Shown here piece by piece: positions 53,726 to 62,744 of a stretch of DNA of 64,000 nucleotides. A program made the translations under genes and the position numbers. The stretch lies in contig JAVVGF010000001.1 of the NCBI GenBank assembly GCA_032249235.1, forward strand, positions 5,925 through 69,924. Reading direction: 5' to 3'. This DNA comes from Thermoproteota archaeon (lineage in GTDB: Archaea; Thermoproteota; Thermoprotei; Gearchaeales; Gearchaeaceae). A model generated the notes under the pieces. It ran no database searches. It was not told where the DNA came from and saw only the letters and a program-made list of their open reading frames with translations. Positions within the stretch are counted from its first letter, which is position 1. Each line of letters opens with the position of its first letter.

Positions 53726-54969
53726 TTCTTCATCTTGTATATTCCATAAGTTACACCGAACATTAAAGCAGCTACTAATATGCTAAGTCCTGTAACTAAT
53801 GTGAAATCTGTAGATGTTTCAAAGCTCCAACCAAAAGCTCCTTTTGTATCAAGATATAGTTTGAACAAGAATATTATAACGGTATATAATACTGCTTCAG
53901 CAACAATAATGTTACCTATTAAGACGAACTTAAATCGTTTTGAAATATGGACTTCTTTTCTTCTATCTATGAAAGGTAAAAGAAGTATGTATATTCCTAC
54001 AATAATTAATATTGCTAAAGTAGTAAATGAAGCAACATCTTGTACTCCTAGGCTTCTCATAAAAGAAACATAAGAATCTGGAAATCTTAATCTTATTAGA
54101 GTATATACAAAATAGAAATACCATTCTGGTAAAGGTATATCAGCTAATGGCGCTCTAGGGTCATATACTTCTCCTAATTTTGCTGGAATTAAAGAAGCGA
54201 AAAGTATGACGATGCCAGTATGTATTAGAGCCCACTTACTAACGAATACAGCTCCCTTTGGGAACCATGGATAATGTTTGATTTTCTTCGGATTTCTCTT
54301 ATCTCTTAGAGGATCGAAAGCCCCATGGTTTTCGAACATGTATAGCTTTATTGCTAAAAGCAAAATAATGCTTCCAGGCAATATGAAAACGTGTAATATG
54401 AAGAATCTCTGAACGATATCCTGGTTTCCAATACCTTCCATTATGAAAGCTATGAAATTGCCTAAGAATGGAACTTGCAAAGCGAAGTTATATCCAACTT
54501 GTGTAGCATAAACTGATTGAGCTGTATAAGGCAAAAGATATCCAGTAAAAGCTTGAGCTAATACAATAAATCCTAATATTAAACTAACAATCCACATGAG
54601 TTCTCTAGGTCTTTTATATGCTCCACTAATCAATTGCCTGAAGAAATGCAACGCTGCTGTTATAAGCATTCCATATGCTGAATACAAATGCAAGGTCCTC
54701 AAAGTTAAACCGAAAGGAATATTTTCATCAACGAACTTAACGCTTGAATAAGCTTTAGGTAAGCCATCTGCGCCGAGTGCTGAAGTTGGCACAAAATAGA
54801 ATACTAATAATACACCTGTTACAACAAGAATGACAAAGAACGTTAAAACCATTGCACCTAACCAATGAGAAATTTCTAATGAATATGCAGGTATTGGTCT
54901 AAGGAAAGTATTTGTTATTCCTATTCTCTTATCGAACCAATCAAGTATTTTTTTAATTTTCTCGCTCAT
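53716..54969 (-). CDS. cytochrome b (long form, SoxN/SoxC-like) of a Rieske/cyt b complex
   Basis: I use ATG 54969 (MSEKIKK...), 1 nt after the Rieske stop; the track start is 55008. Helix B His pair LHLYSAYGMLITAALH (x13 spacing), helix D RFFILHVFILPG, Qo-site PEWYF motif, about 9-10 TM. Confidence 0.8.
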   Translation of the reverse strand: MSEKIKKILDWFDKRIGITNTFLRPIPAYSLEISHWLGAMVLTFFVILVVTGVLLVFYFVPTSALGADGLPKAYSSVKFVDENIPFGLTLRTLHLYSAYGMLITAALHFFRQLISGAYKRPRELMWIVSLILGFIVLAQAFTGYLLPYTAQSVYATQVGYNFALQVPFLGNFIAFIMEGIGNQDIVQRFFILHVFILPGSIILLLAIKLYMFENHGAFDPLRDKRNPKKIKHYPWFPKGAVFVSKWALIHTGIVILFASLIPAKLGEVYDPRAPLADIPLPEWYFYFVYTLIRLRFPDSYVSFMRSLGVQDVASFTTLAILIIVGIYILLLPFIDRRKEVHISKRFKFVLIGNIIVAEAVLYTVIIFLFKLYLDTKGAFGWSFETSTDFTLVTGLSILVAALMFGVTYGIYKMKKWI

Positions 54970-54970
54970 A

Positions 54971-55624
54971 TTAACTTTGTTCTCCACACGTTCTTGCAGT
55001 ATTATCATTAACTATTTCTCCACCTAAGAAACCCGGCCTTAAATTATTTGGAAGATCTGTTCCTTCTAATCCTGCAGGTCCTTTTCCAAGTATTACAGGT
55101 CCTTCCATTCCTACAGCATAAATATCTCCTGTAGCTTCGTCATACTCCAATATTACTCTAGGTAATCTTCTAGGCGCTGGACCTGCAAGTACCCTTGCAT
55201 TATGAGTTACATCATATACTGAAAGATGGCATAGACAAACCATGACTTTTTGATATTTGTTATAAAACGGTTCAGTATTTGGATAATATTGATTTATGAT
55301 ACATCCGAGATGTTGACATATAGCGCTAAATGCAACTATATCTTGATCAGGACCTATGCCATTCTCAACCTTTTCTCCGACTTTTATTAATAAATTGACT
55401 TCACTTGTTAAAGGATAGCAAAAACGTATGAAGCTACCATTTTTTAATTCTTTTATGTTCGCTATCTTAACTCTAGGATATTTTGGTCCAACCTGTGTAG
55501 CTGAAGGATTCAAGTAATTCGCTACTGAACCTACACCAAGAATGGTTGTGATTATTGAAGCTCCTATAATTCCCTTTATGAGCGTCCTTCTCTTTTCATC
55601 TATACTTTCTTTATTCTCTGCCAT
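54971..55624 (-). CDS. Rieske [2Fe-2S] protein with Tat signal (SoxL/SoxF-like)
   Basis: 217 aa. Twin-arginine EKRRTLIKG plus TM anchor. Cluster boxes CQHLGC and CLCHLSVY. Confidence 0.9.
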   Translation of the reverse strand: MAENKESIDEKRRTLIKGIIGASIITTILGVGSVANYLNPSATQVGPKYPRVKIANIKELKNGSFIRFCYPLTSEVNLLIKVGEKVENGIGPDQDIVAFSAICQHLGCIINQYYPNTEPFYNKYQKVMVCLCHLSVYDVTHNARVLAGPAPRRLPRVILEYDEATGDIYAVGMEGPVILGKGPAGLEGTDLPNNLRPGFLGGEIVNDNTARTCGEQS

Positions 55625-55669
55625 TGTAGGTAAAACAACTTATTTTAAAATAAATCTTCATCTATATTA

Positions 55670-56134
55670 TTATATATTTTTATATACCAAATCCGCAATT
55701 TTTTCTGCTATTTTAGAAACGAACCATTCATCGTTTTCATTAAATGCACCTAAAGTGTAGCTATCTATATCAATTTCTCCTATAATTTCACCATTTTTAT
55801 AAATAGGTACTACCAGTTCAGATTTTGTTTCAGGGAAACATTGTAAATAAACAGGATTGTTGGTTACGTCATATACGTTGACTATTCTTTTTTCTCTTAC
55901 AGCCATTCCGCATAAGCCTTTATCTATAGGTATTATTTTATGTTCTGTTTCTTTATCTCCGCTATATACAAGCAATTCTAACTTTTCATTTCTTAATACA
56001 TATATTCCTATCCAATTGTATTTGCTGAATTCTTTTCGCAACCCATCAAGTATAACCTTTAGTTTTTCTAGATCTTCTCCTTTTATTTCATCGATATGCT
56101 GAAGGAAGTTCAAATATTTTCTCTTAATAGCCAT
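55670..56134 (-). CDS. GAF-domain free methionine-(R)-sulfoxide reductase-like protein
   Basis: 154 aa. NWIGIYVL...PIDKGLCGMAV...VYDVTNNPVYLQCFPETKSELVVPI..GEIIGEIDIDS is colinear with the fRMsr/YebR family. Confidence 0.7.
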   Translation of the reverse strand: MAIKRKYLNFLQHIDEIKGEDLEKLKVILDGLRKEFSKYNWIGIYVLRNEKLELLVYSGDKETEHKIIPIDKGLCGMAVREKRIVNVYDVTNNPVYLQCFPETKSELVVPIYKNGEIIGEIDIDSYTLGAFNENDEWFVSKIAEKIADLVYKNI

Positions 56135-56166
56135 AGTTTATTTATATGGATACTCGATAAAAGTTT

Positions 56167-56484
56167 ATGGAAGTCTATAAGATACATTATTCAAATGTTT
56201 TCGATCTGATTCTGCATGTGATATCTTTGATGCCATTATCTCCATTCTACACTTTAAATAGATACAAGGATTTCGTTTACTTCTATGAAGCTATGTCTGA
56301 TAGCATAACTTTACATTATGCAAAAGCAAATATTGAGCCAGCTATTTACGTTTTTGATACATCGAAATTGGAATTGAAGAAACAAAATGCTCTTCCTAAG
56401 TTCGTTGAACATGGTTGCTACATAGTAATTTTCAAAAAGATAGAAGAAGATAGTTTGCTTTCTGAAACTTTAGAAGAATCTTAA
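56167..56484 (+). CDS. hypothetical protein
   Basis: 105 aa ORF filling the gap before guaB. No motif recognised. Coding status inferred only from length and position. Confidence 0.35.
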   Translation: MEVYKIHYSNVFDLILHVISLMPLSPFYTLNRYKDFVYFYEAMSDSITLHYAKANIEPAIYVFDTSKLELKKQNALPKFVEHGCYIVIFKKIEEDSLLSETLEES

Positions 56485-56508
56485 ATAACAGCTGTAGGTA
56501 TTATTAGT

Positions 56509-57951
56509 ATGGGAAGACTAAAAGAATTAAATTTAGAAGAAGACTTTGTTTTCGGCTTTGATGATTTCATATTATTACCTTCTTACATAAACATTGAGCC
56601 TTCTGAAATTTCTTTAAATACGAAATTCTCACTGAATAATGAATTAAAGGTTCCCTTTGTATCTTCACCAATGGACACAGTTACTGAAGCTGAGATGGCT
56701 ATAACTCTTGCAAGGAATGGAGGAATTGGTGTTATTCATAGAAATTGTACTATTGAGGAACAAGTAGCCCAAGTTAAAAAAGTTAAGAGAGCAGAATCCT
56801 TTATAATTAAAGATGTAATAACTATAAATCCTGAAGCTACTGTTGGAGAAGCAGCGCGATTAATGGAAGAGCATGGTATTTCTGGCTTACCTGTAGTTGA
56901 TGAAAACAACAAGCTAGTAGGGATAATAACTGGTAGAGATGTGAGATTTACTTCTTATAATATAAAAGTAAAAGAGGCTATGACTAAAGATGTAATCGTA
57001 GCTGATGAAAAAATAACGCCAGAGGAATCGATTGAATTGATGAGGAAATATAGAATAGAAAAGCTACCTGTGGTAGATAAAGAAGGTAAGCTCATTGGTT
57101 TGATAACTTATAAAGATGTTAGCCATCGAGGATTATATAAGGATGCTGTAAGAGATGAACAAGGAAGATTAAAAGTTGCAGCTGCAATATCACCTTTTGA
57201 TTTGGAAAGAGCTAAAGCTTTGGAAAAATATGTCGATGCTCTCGTAATTGATGTCGCTCATTTTCATAACGAGAATGTAATAAGAGCTACTAAAAAAATA
57301 ATGGAGAACGTTAGTTGCGATGTAGTAATTGGAAATTTGGGTTCAAAGGAAGGAGTTTTAGATTCATTATCTAAATTAGATAAAGTTGCTGGTTTAAGGG
57401 TAGGTATTGGTGGTGGTTCTGTTTGCACTACTACGCAAATAACCCGTGCAGGATCTCCAACGTTATATGCAGTAGCAGTAGCAAGAGAATGTTTAGATGA
57501 ATTAGGCATGGATATACCTATAATTGCAGATGGAGGTATAAGAAGTGCAGGCGATATTGCTATTGCTATTGCTTTTGGTGCATCATGTGCAATGATGGGT
57601 TATATGTTTGCTGCATGCAAAGAAAGTCCAGCACCTTTGATGATGATCGGCGGTAGATATTACAAATTACATAGAGGAATGGGGAGTCTAAGTGCTAGAC
57701 AAAAAAGGCTTACTATTGATAGGTATGCAAAGTTGCCAAAGGAGATTCCAGAAGGAACGGAAGCATGGATACCTTATAAAGGTGAGGCATCAGAAGTAAT
57801 AAGAGAATTGACTGCTGCACTAAAAGCTGCAATGGGTTATGCAGGAGCCAGGAATATAAAAGAACTACAAACAAAAGCAAAAGTTAAACGTGTTTCGCCT
57901 CATGCCTTTGCTAGAGCTTCAGATTTACTTTTCCCTGGCGAAACTAGATAG
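56509..57951 (+). CDS. guaB: IMP dehydrogenase with CBS pair
   Basis: 480 aa. FDDFILLPS, PFVSSPMDTVTE, CBS insert, catalytic loop GIGGGSVCTTT, ADGGIRSAGD. Confidence 0.95.
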   Translation: MGRLKELNLEEDFVFGFDDFILLPSYINIEPSEISLNTKFSLNNELKVPFVSSPMDTVTEAEMAITLARNGGIGVIHRNCTIEEQVAQVKKVKRAESFIIKDVITINPEATVGEAARLMEEHGISGLPVVDENNKLVGIITGRDVRFTSYNIKVKEAMTKDVIVADEKITPEESIELMRKYRIEKLPVVDKEGKLIGLITYKDVSHRGLYKDAVRDEQGRLKVAAAISPFDLERAKALEKYVDALVIDVAHFHNENVIRATKKIMENVSCDVVIGNLGSKEGVLDSLSKLDKVAGLRVGIGGGSVCTTTQITRAGSPTLYAVAVARECLDELGMDIPIIADGGIRSAGDIAIAIAFGASCAMMGYMFAACKESPAPLMMIGGRYYKLHRGMGSLSARQKRLTIDRYAKLPKEIPEGTEAWIPYKGEASEVIRELTAALKAAMGYAGARNIKELQTKAKVKRVSPHAFARASDLLFPGETR

Positions 57952-58614
57952 ATCAGTTTCTTCGTCTATTCTTTTATTCAAAACTTCCAAAATTTTCCTT
58001 GCTTTTACTTCGCCTACTATTTTAATCAATTCTTTTTCGTTTGCATTAAAAATACTCTTTAGATTTTTGAAGTGTTCTAAAAGTTTCTCAGCAGTCTTAA
58101 CACCTACTCCAGGTAAGCTTTGAAGAATGTACAATTGCCAATCTTTTATGGTTTCTAGTTTATGCGGTTTTCCTTTAACTAAAGGATAATACCCATGACC
58201 GTATTTCTTTTGTTCTTGTTTGGCTATCAAAGAAATGAATTCTGCAGTTTCTTCTTTATTTTCAGCATGGAATAATTTAATGTCGAAATCTAATATTAAA
58301 GAAACTAAAGCTCCTCTTAATACGTTTAAATTATCTAATATTAACGGTAGCTCCGAATAATCTCCTTCTATTATGATTATAGGGACTTCATATGCTTCCT
58401 TTAATCTAGAACTTTGGTCAAATAATCTTCCATCATAAATTGACTTGACAAAATCTTTTAGAGTTTTTCTTTCTATAGCAATCTTATCTGATATCAAATA
58501 ATCACCGACTGGCAATTGTCTAAATTTTATGCTAACTCCTTTTTTTACAAGCAATTCAGGTATTTCAGAAGCTCTTTCTCTTTCATCTACTATAACAAGA
58601 GGCTTTTCGCTCAT
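57925..58614 (-). CDS. xpf: short-form XPF/ERCC4 nuclease with HhH2 (no helicase domain)
   Basis: 229 aa. VDERE, GDYLISDKIAIERKTLKDFVKSIYDGRLFDQ nuclease motif, C-terminal LPGVGVKTAEKLL HhH. 27-nt convergent overlap with guaB. Confidence 0.85.
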   Translation of the reverse strand: MSEKPLVIVDERERASEIPELLVKKGVSIKFRQLPVGDYLISDKIAIERKTLKDFVKSIYDGRLFDQSSRLKEAYEVPIIIIEGDYSELPLILDNLNVLRGALVSLILDFDIKLFHAENKEETAEFISLIAKQEQKKYGHGYYPLVKGKPHKLETIKDWQLYILQSLPGVGVKTAEKLLEHFKNLKSIFNANEKELIKIVGEVKARKILEVLNKRIDEETDLSSFAREK

Positions 58615-59177
58615 GCAAGGGTTATGAAATTATGTATGATTTTTAATCCAAATTGGGTATGTTCAACTTCAGGATGGAATAATACACCATAAACTTTTCT
58701 CTTAATGTGTTTTGCAGCTTCTATATGACCTTTTTCAGCATATGCTAATATCTTGAATTCTTTAGGTAACTCGCTAACAGTATCATTATGGCTCTCCCAT
58801 GCTAAGAAAACTTCTGGTATTCCTTCAAATAATTCATTTTTTTCTTTAACTATGACTTTTTGCGGTCCGAATGCAGGTTGAGTTCTAGTTAATTTACCGC
58901 CATATGCTAAAGAAATAGCTTGGAAGCCTAAACATATGCCCAATACTGGTTTATCTTTGGTAAATAATAACTCTTTAATAACCTTTAATTCTTCGCTATT
59001 ATTCTCTAGCCTTGCGGGGCCGCCTCCTATTATTATCGAATCATATTCTTCGATTTTATCCAGAGTTTTTTCTACCAAAGGCATCAACTCTGCATAATAA
59101 CCTAATTCCTTGACTCTTCTTAAGATCAAATGATTATATTGCCCACCCGGTCCTAAGATAGCAATTTTTTTATTCAT
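58611..59177 (-). CDS. guaAA: GMP synthase subunit A (glutamine amidotransferase)
   Basis: 188 aa. GICLGFQ catalytic Cys, HPE near the C-terminus. Overlaps the neighbours by 4 and 8 nt. Confidence 0.9.
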   Translation of the reverse strand: MNKKIAILGPGGQYNHLILRRVKELGYYAELMPLVEKTLDKIEEYDSIIIGGGPARLENNSEELKVIKELLFTKDKPVLGICLGFQAISLAYGGKLTRTQPAFGPQKVIVKEKNELFEGIPEVFLAWESHNDTVSELPKEFKILAYAEKGHIEAAKHIKRKVYGVLFHPEVEHTQFGLKIIHNFITLA

Positions 59178-60357
59178 ATTCTATTGTAGCAGGCGGTTTA
59201 GGTGTTATATCATAGTAAACTTGTGTTATTCTTTTATCTTTCATAACTTCATCAACTATGTTTTGCAATAATTTGATATCAACATCAGGAACGCTTGCTG
59301 TCATGAAATCACTAGTCTTTACAGCTCTTATTACTATTGCATACTTTCCTGCAGGTCTAGGTTCTGAAACCATAATAGCTATTCTTGTATAATTTTTCAA
59401 TATTTTAGGAAAGGCCTTGACTATTTCGTCTTTAACTCGTAACAATAATTCTGTTTCTTTATAATAAATTCCTAGCATTTTAGAATATACTCTACTATCA
59501 CCTTTAATTCCTGTTACTTTTTCATAAAACTCAAACGTTTTAAATCCTCTACCTCCGATTCCTGTAATGTTCTTTACTTCTTTAATTAAATCACTTATCT
59601 CTTTAGAAGTTGTCATCCTAGGCTTTTTAAATATAGCTAGGAAACTTTGCGAAGCATCTATTTTCATTAGTAAATCTTCACAAAGCGCTGTAACATTCTT
59701 TAAAGCTTTCAACTTTTCTAATTCGAATTCGCCTACACATCTAACTAGCAATCCTGGGCCAGGAAATGGTTGTCTTTCTCTAATTTCTTCAGGAATTTTA
59801 AGATATTTAGCCAATATTCTAACTTGATCTTTATATAAGTTTGCAAGCGGTTCTATTAAATTAAAGCCATATTTTAATTCAGGTTTTATTCCTATTTGAG
59901 TTAGTACATTATGCTGAGTTTTTATACCTCCAGTTGTTTCAATCCAATCAGGTGCTATAGTTCCTTGTACTAAAAAATCCGCATTTTCTTCTTTTACTAA
60001 TTTTGCTAATGTTTCATAGAATAGTTCCCTAAATATTTTTCTTTTCTCTTCTGCATCGCTTTTTCCTAGCAAGGAATTATAAAACAATTCACTTACATCA
60101 TGGACCTTAACTTGCAATCCCATGCTTTCAAGCAATGATTTCACTTTTTCTATTTCTCCTTCTCTCATGAAGCCTGTATCGATGATATAAGCTTTGACTT
60201 TATCTCCTACAGCTAGCCATGTTAAGTATGCAGCAACAGTACTATCTACACCACCAGATACTGCGGCTAAAACATTTTTATCTCCGATAATTTTCCTGAG
60301 TGAATTTATTAATTCATCAACAAACTCTTCTATATTTTTATCGTAAATTTTCATCAT
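59170..60357 (-). CDS. guaAB: GMP synthase subunit B (ATP pyrophosphatase) with insertions in the C-terminal domain
   Basis: 395 aa. PP-loop AVSGGVDSTV, QPFPGPGL, C-terminal KPPATIEYE. Extra segments interrupt the usual GD-R-Y...LRAV...MTA region. Confidence 0.9.
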   Translation of the reverse strand: MMKIYDKNIEEFVDELINSLRKIIGDKNVLAAVSGGVDSTVAAYLTWLAVGDKVKAYIIDTGFMREGEIEKVKSLLESMGLQVKVHDVSELFYNSLLGKSDAEEKRKIFRELFYETLAKLVKEENADFLVQGTIAPDWIETTGGIKTQHNVLTQIGIKPELKYGFNLIEPLANLYKDQVRILAKYLKIPEEIRERQPFPGPGLLVRCVGEFELEKLKALKNVTALCEDLLMKIDASQSFLAIFKKPRMTTSKEISDLIKEVKNITGIGGRGFKTFEFYEKVTGIKGDSRVYSKMLGIYYKETELLLRVKDEIVKAFPKILKNYTRIAIMVSEPRPAGKYAIVIRAVKTSDFMTASVPDVDIKLLQNIVDEVMKDKRITQVYYDITPKPPATIEYE

Positions 60358-60412
60358 CTTATTTTATTTGCTTTTAAATATTTTTGTTATTTAAAGGAGT
60401 TTTGTAACACAT

Positions 60413-61300
60413 TTATATTGTAGTAACTATTACTTCGTTTTCCGTTATGATTACTGTATGTTCTTCTTGTGCTACAATTCCTCTATTTTCCTCAACTAAA
60501 ACGTTGTATCCTATTATTTCTCCTTTTTCTACCTTATCCATGATTACATCTTTTATTTTTTTCAAGTCATATTCAGGATACCATCTTAAAGAAAAAGGCA
60601 AGTTGTATCTTTGTTTCCAAATTTTATTGAAAAATTCTTCAATGGTTTTATCTTTGTGCTTTATTGATTTTTTTAAAGAAAATATCCTAATATTATCTGA
60701 ATCATATACGTATCCTTTTCCTAGAGTTAAGAAAGGTTCTATTGCATATACTTCGCCAGCTTTCATTACAATTTCAATTCCATCATCATAATTCGGTATG
60801 CTTTTACCCGCATGAAGCAAATACCTTTTAATCATATGTCCTGAGAGATTTTTAATTGTTTGAAAACCATATAATTTCGCTGTATTTTCTACAATCTTAC
60901 CTATTTTATTCGTTGTAATACCTGGCTTAATGTTTTGAATTGCATTCATTAGAGCTTTTTTAGTTGCATCTACGAGTTTTTGCATTTTATCATCTAAAGC
61001 AATTGTGGTTGCTGCATCAGCTATATAGCCCTCAATATGAACTCCTACATCTACTTTGACGATTGCGTTCTTGGGTATTATGCGTTTATCGTATGGCTCG
61101 GCTGTATCATGAGCTGCAATCTCGTTTATTGAAATATTACATGGAAAAGCGAGTTGGCCACCATTAGATAAAATGAAATTTTCAATTAAATTACATAATT
61201 CAAGAATTGGCATATCTTCATGTACTTTATTCCTTGCGAGCTCAAGCGCTTTAGAAGCAATTTTCCCAGCTTCTAAATAATACTTTATCTCTTCTTGCAC
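60413..61300 (-). CDS. map: methionine aminopeptidase, type 2 (archaeal)
   Basis: 295 aa. Pita-bread metal ligands in AHD..., DVGVHIEGYIAD, SGH, and E...E of the C-terminal region. Confidence 0.9.
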   Translation of the reverse strand: MQEEIKYYLEAGKIASKALELARNKVHEDMPILELCNLIENFILSNGGQLAFPCNISINEIAAHDTAEPYDKRIIPKNAIVKVDVGVHIEGYIADAATTIALDDKMQKLVDATKKALMNAIQNIKPGITTNKIGKIVENTAKLYGFQTIKNLSGHMIKRYLLHAGKSIPNYDDGIEIVMKAGEVYAIEPFLTLGKGYVYDSDNIRIFSLKKSIKHKDKTIEEFFNKIWKQRYNLPFSLRWYPEYDLKKIKDVIMDKVEKGEIIGYNVLVEENRGIVAQEEHTVIITENEVIVTTI

Positions 61301-61343
61301 AACGATAATGTTTTTAAATTGCTATTAATAATTTGTTATTCAC

Positions 61344-61943
61344 ATGGAAGTTGAGATATTGAAGAAAGATGACATAACATTGGAAATTAAAGTTAGCGAT
61401 GTCTCTCCTCAATTCATGAATTTGTTAAGACGTTGTTTGATAGCAAGGGTTCCAACTATAGCAATAGATGATGTAATAATTCTTGAAAATTCTTCAATAA
61501 TGTATGATGAAATGTTAGCTCATCGCTTAGGATTGATTCCTTTAAAAGCAGATATATTATCTTTGAAAGAAGATACTGTTGCATATTTTAGATGTGAAGT
61601 CGCCGCAGAAGAAGGCGATAGAATGGTATATTCAAAAGATTTGATTCCTTCAGATCCTAATATTATTCCTGCCTATGATACAATACCAATTGTAAAGTTG
61701 GCTAAAGGGCAAAAAGTATCATTTGAAGCAGTTGCAAGGGTTAAAAAAGGATATCAACATGCAAGATTTCAACCTGTCTCAGCTTGTGCATATAAGCAGC
61801 TAGATGATGGTAGCACATTTATCTTCAGATTTGACTCAACTGGAATAAGCGAACCTGAAAAAATATTACTCAAAGGTATTGAAGTAATACTGGAAACTTA
61901 TGATGATATGTTGAAATCTTTAGATAAATTGAAAAATGGTTAA
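61344..61943 (+). CDS. rpoD: DNA-directed RNA polymerase subunit D (Rpo3), short form
   Basis: 199 aa. FMNLLRRCLIARVPTIAIDDVIILENSSIMYDEMLAHRLGLIPLK signature. No Cys-rich Fe-S domain visible. Confidence 0.85.
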   Translation: MEVEILKKDDITLEIKVSDVSPQFMNLLRRCLIARVPTIAIDDVIILENSSIMYDEMLAHRLGLIPLKADILSLKEDTVAYFRCEVAAEEGDRMVYSKDLIPSDPNIIPAYDTIPIVKLAKGQKVSFEAVARVKKGYQHARFQPVSACAYKQLDDGSTFIFRFDSTGISEPEKILLKGIEVILETYDDMLKSLDKLKNG

Positions 61944-62301
61944 AAGAACAGGACCTACAAATCCATTATTGAGAAAAGAAATTAGATTCCTTTATGAAAG
62001 TTATAAGACTCATGGAGCACCGATTTGGAAGGCTGTTGCAGAAAAGTTAAGTGTTAGAAAGCGTTCAAGGGTAGCTGTTAATGTAATTAAATTAAATAAG
62101 CTTACGAGTAATAACGATATGGTAGTTGTTCCAGGTAAAGTGTTAGGCTTCGGTTTTATTGATCATCCTATAATTGTTGCAGCATATAGTTTTTCTAAAA
62201 GTGCAAAGGAAAAAATAGAAAAAGCAGGTGGTAAATGTTTAACGTATAGCGAAATGATAAAGTTAAATCCTAAGGGAAATAATGTTAAGTTCATAACATG
62301 A
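61936..62301 (+). CDS. rpl18e: ribosomal protein L18e
   Basis: 121 aa. RTGPTNPLLRK...VNVIKLNK...VVVPGKVLG pattern in the conserved operon position. Confidence 0.85.
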   Translation: MVKRTGPTNPLLRKEIRFLYESYKTHGAPIWKAVAEKLSVRKRSRVAVNVIKLNKLTSNNDMVVVPGKVLGFGFIDHPIIVAAYSFSKSAKEKIEKAGGKCLTYSEMIKLNPKGNNVKFIT

Positions 62302-62744
62302 GCGTTGCAACTGAAGTTTTATACGTTGACGCGAGCGACCAAATTTTAGGTAGATTAGCTTCGCATGTAGCCAAGCTACTCTTGAATGGTTACAAAGTTA
62401 TTGTTTTCAATGCTGAAAAAGCTGTTATTTCTGGCAATAAGGCGAGAATTGTAGAAAGGTTTAGAGAAAGATATGCCAGAAGGACTTTGAAAAATCCTGA
62501 AAAGCTAGGACATAGAGAACCTAAAACTCCGCACGGTATAGTTAGAAGAGCTATAAGAGGTATGCTTCCTCATAAAAAACCTAGAGGAAGAGAAGCTTTC
62601 AAAAGATTACTCGTATATTCTGGAATTCCTTCTTTACCTGCAAATGCAAAAATAATCAAATTCGAGGATGCAAGTGTTTCAAAATTAGGTAGAGGTTATG
62701 TTTATTTAGGAGAAATAGCTAAAATATTCGGCTGGAAGGGCTGA
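62298..62744 (+). CDS. rpl13: ribosomal protein L13 (uL13)
   Basis: 148 aa. VDASDQILGRLASHVAKLLLNG and AIRGMLPHKKPRGREA motifs. Confidence 0.9.
   Translation: MSVATEVLYVDASDQILGRLASHVAKLLLNGYKVIVFNAEKAVISGNKARIVERFRERYARRTLKNPEKLGHREPKTPHGIVRRAIRGMLPHKKPRGREAFKRLLVYSGIPSLPANAKIIKFEDASVSKLGRGYVYLGEIAKIFGWKG

Noticed and set aside
54970-55008. Upstream extension of cytochrome b (track start 55008) overlapping the Rieske gene by 38 nt.
   Set aside because: ATG 54969 gives a typical cytochrome b N-terminus and a 1-nt spacing from the Rieske stop. The longer form cannot be excluded but adds only 13 residues.
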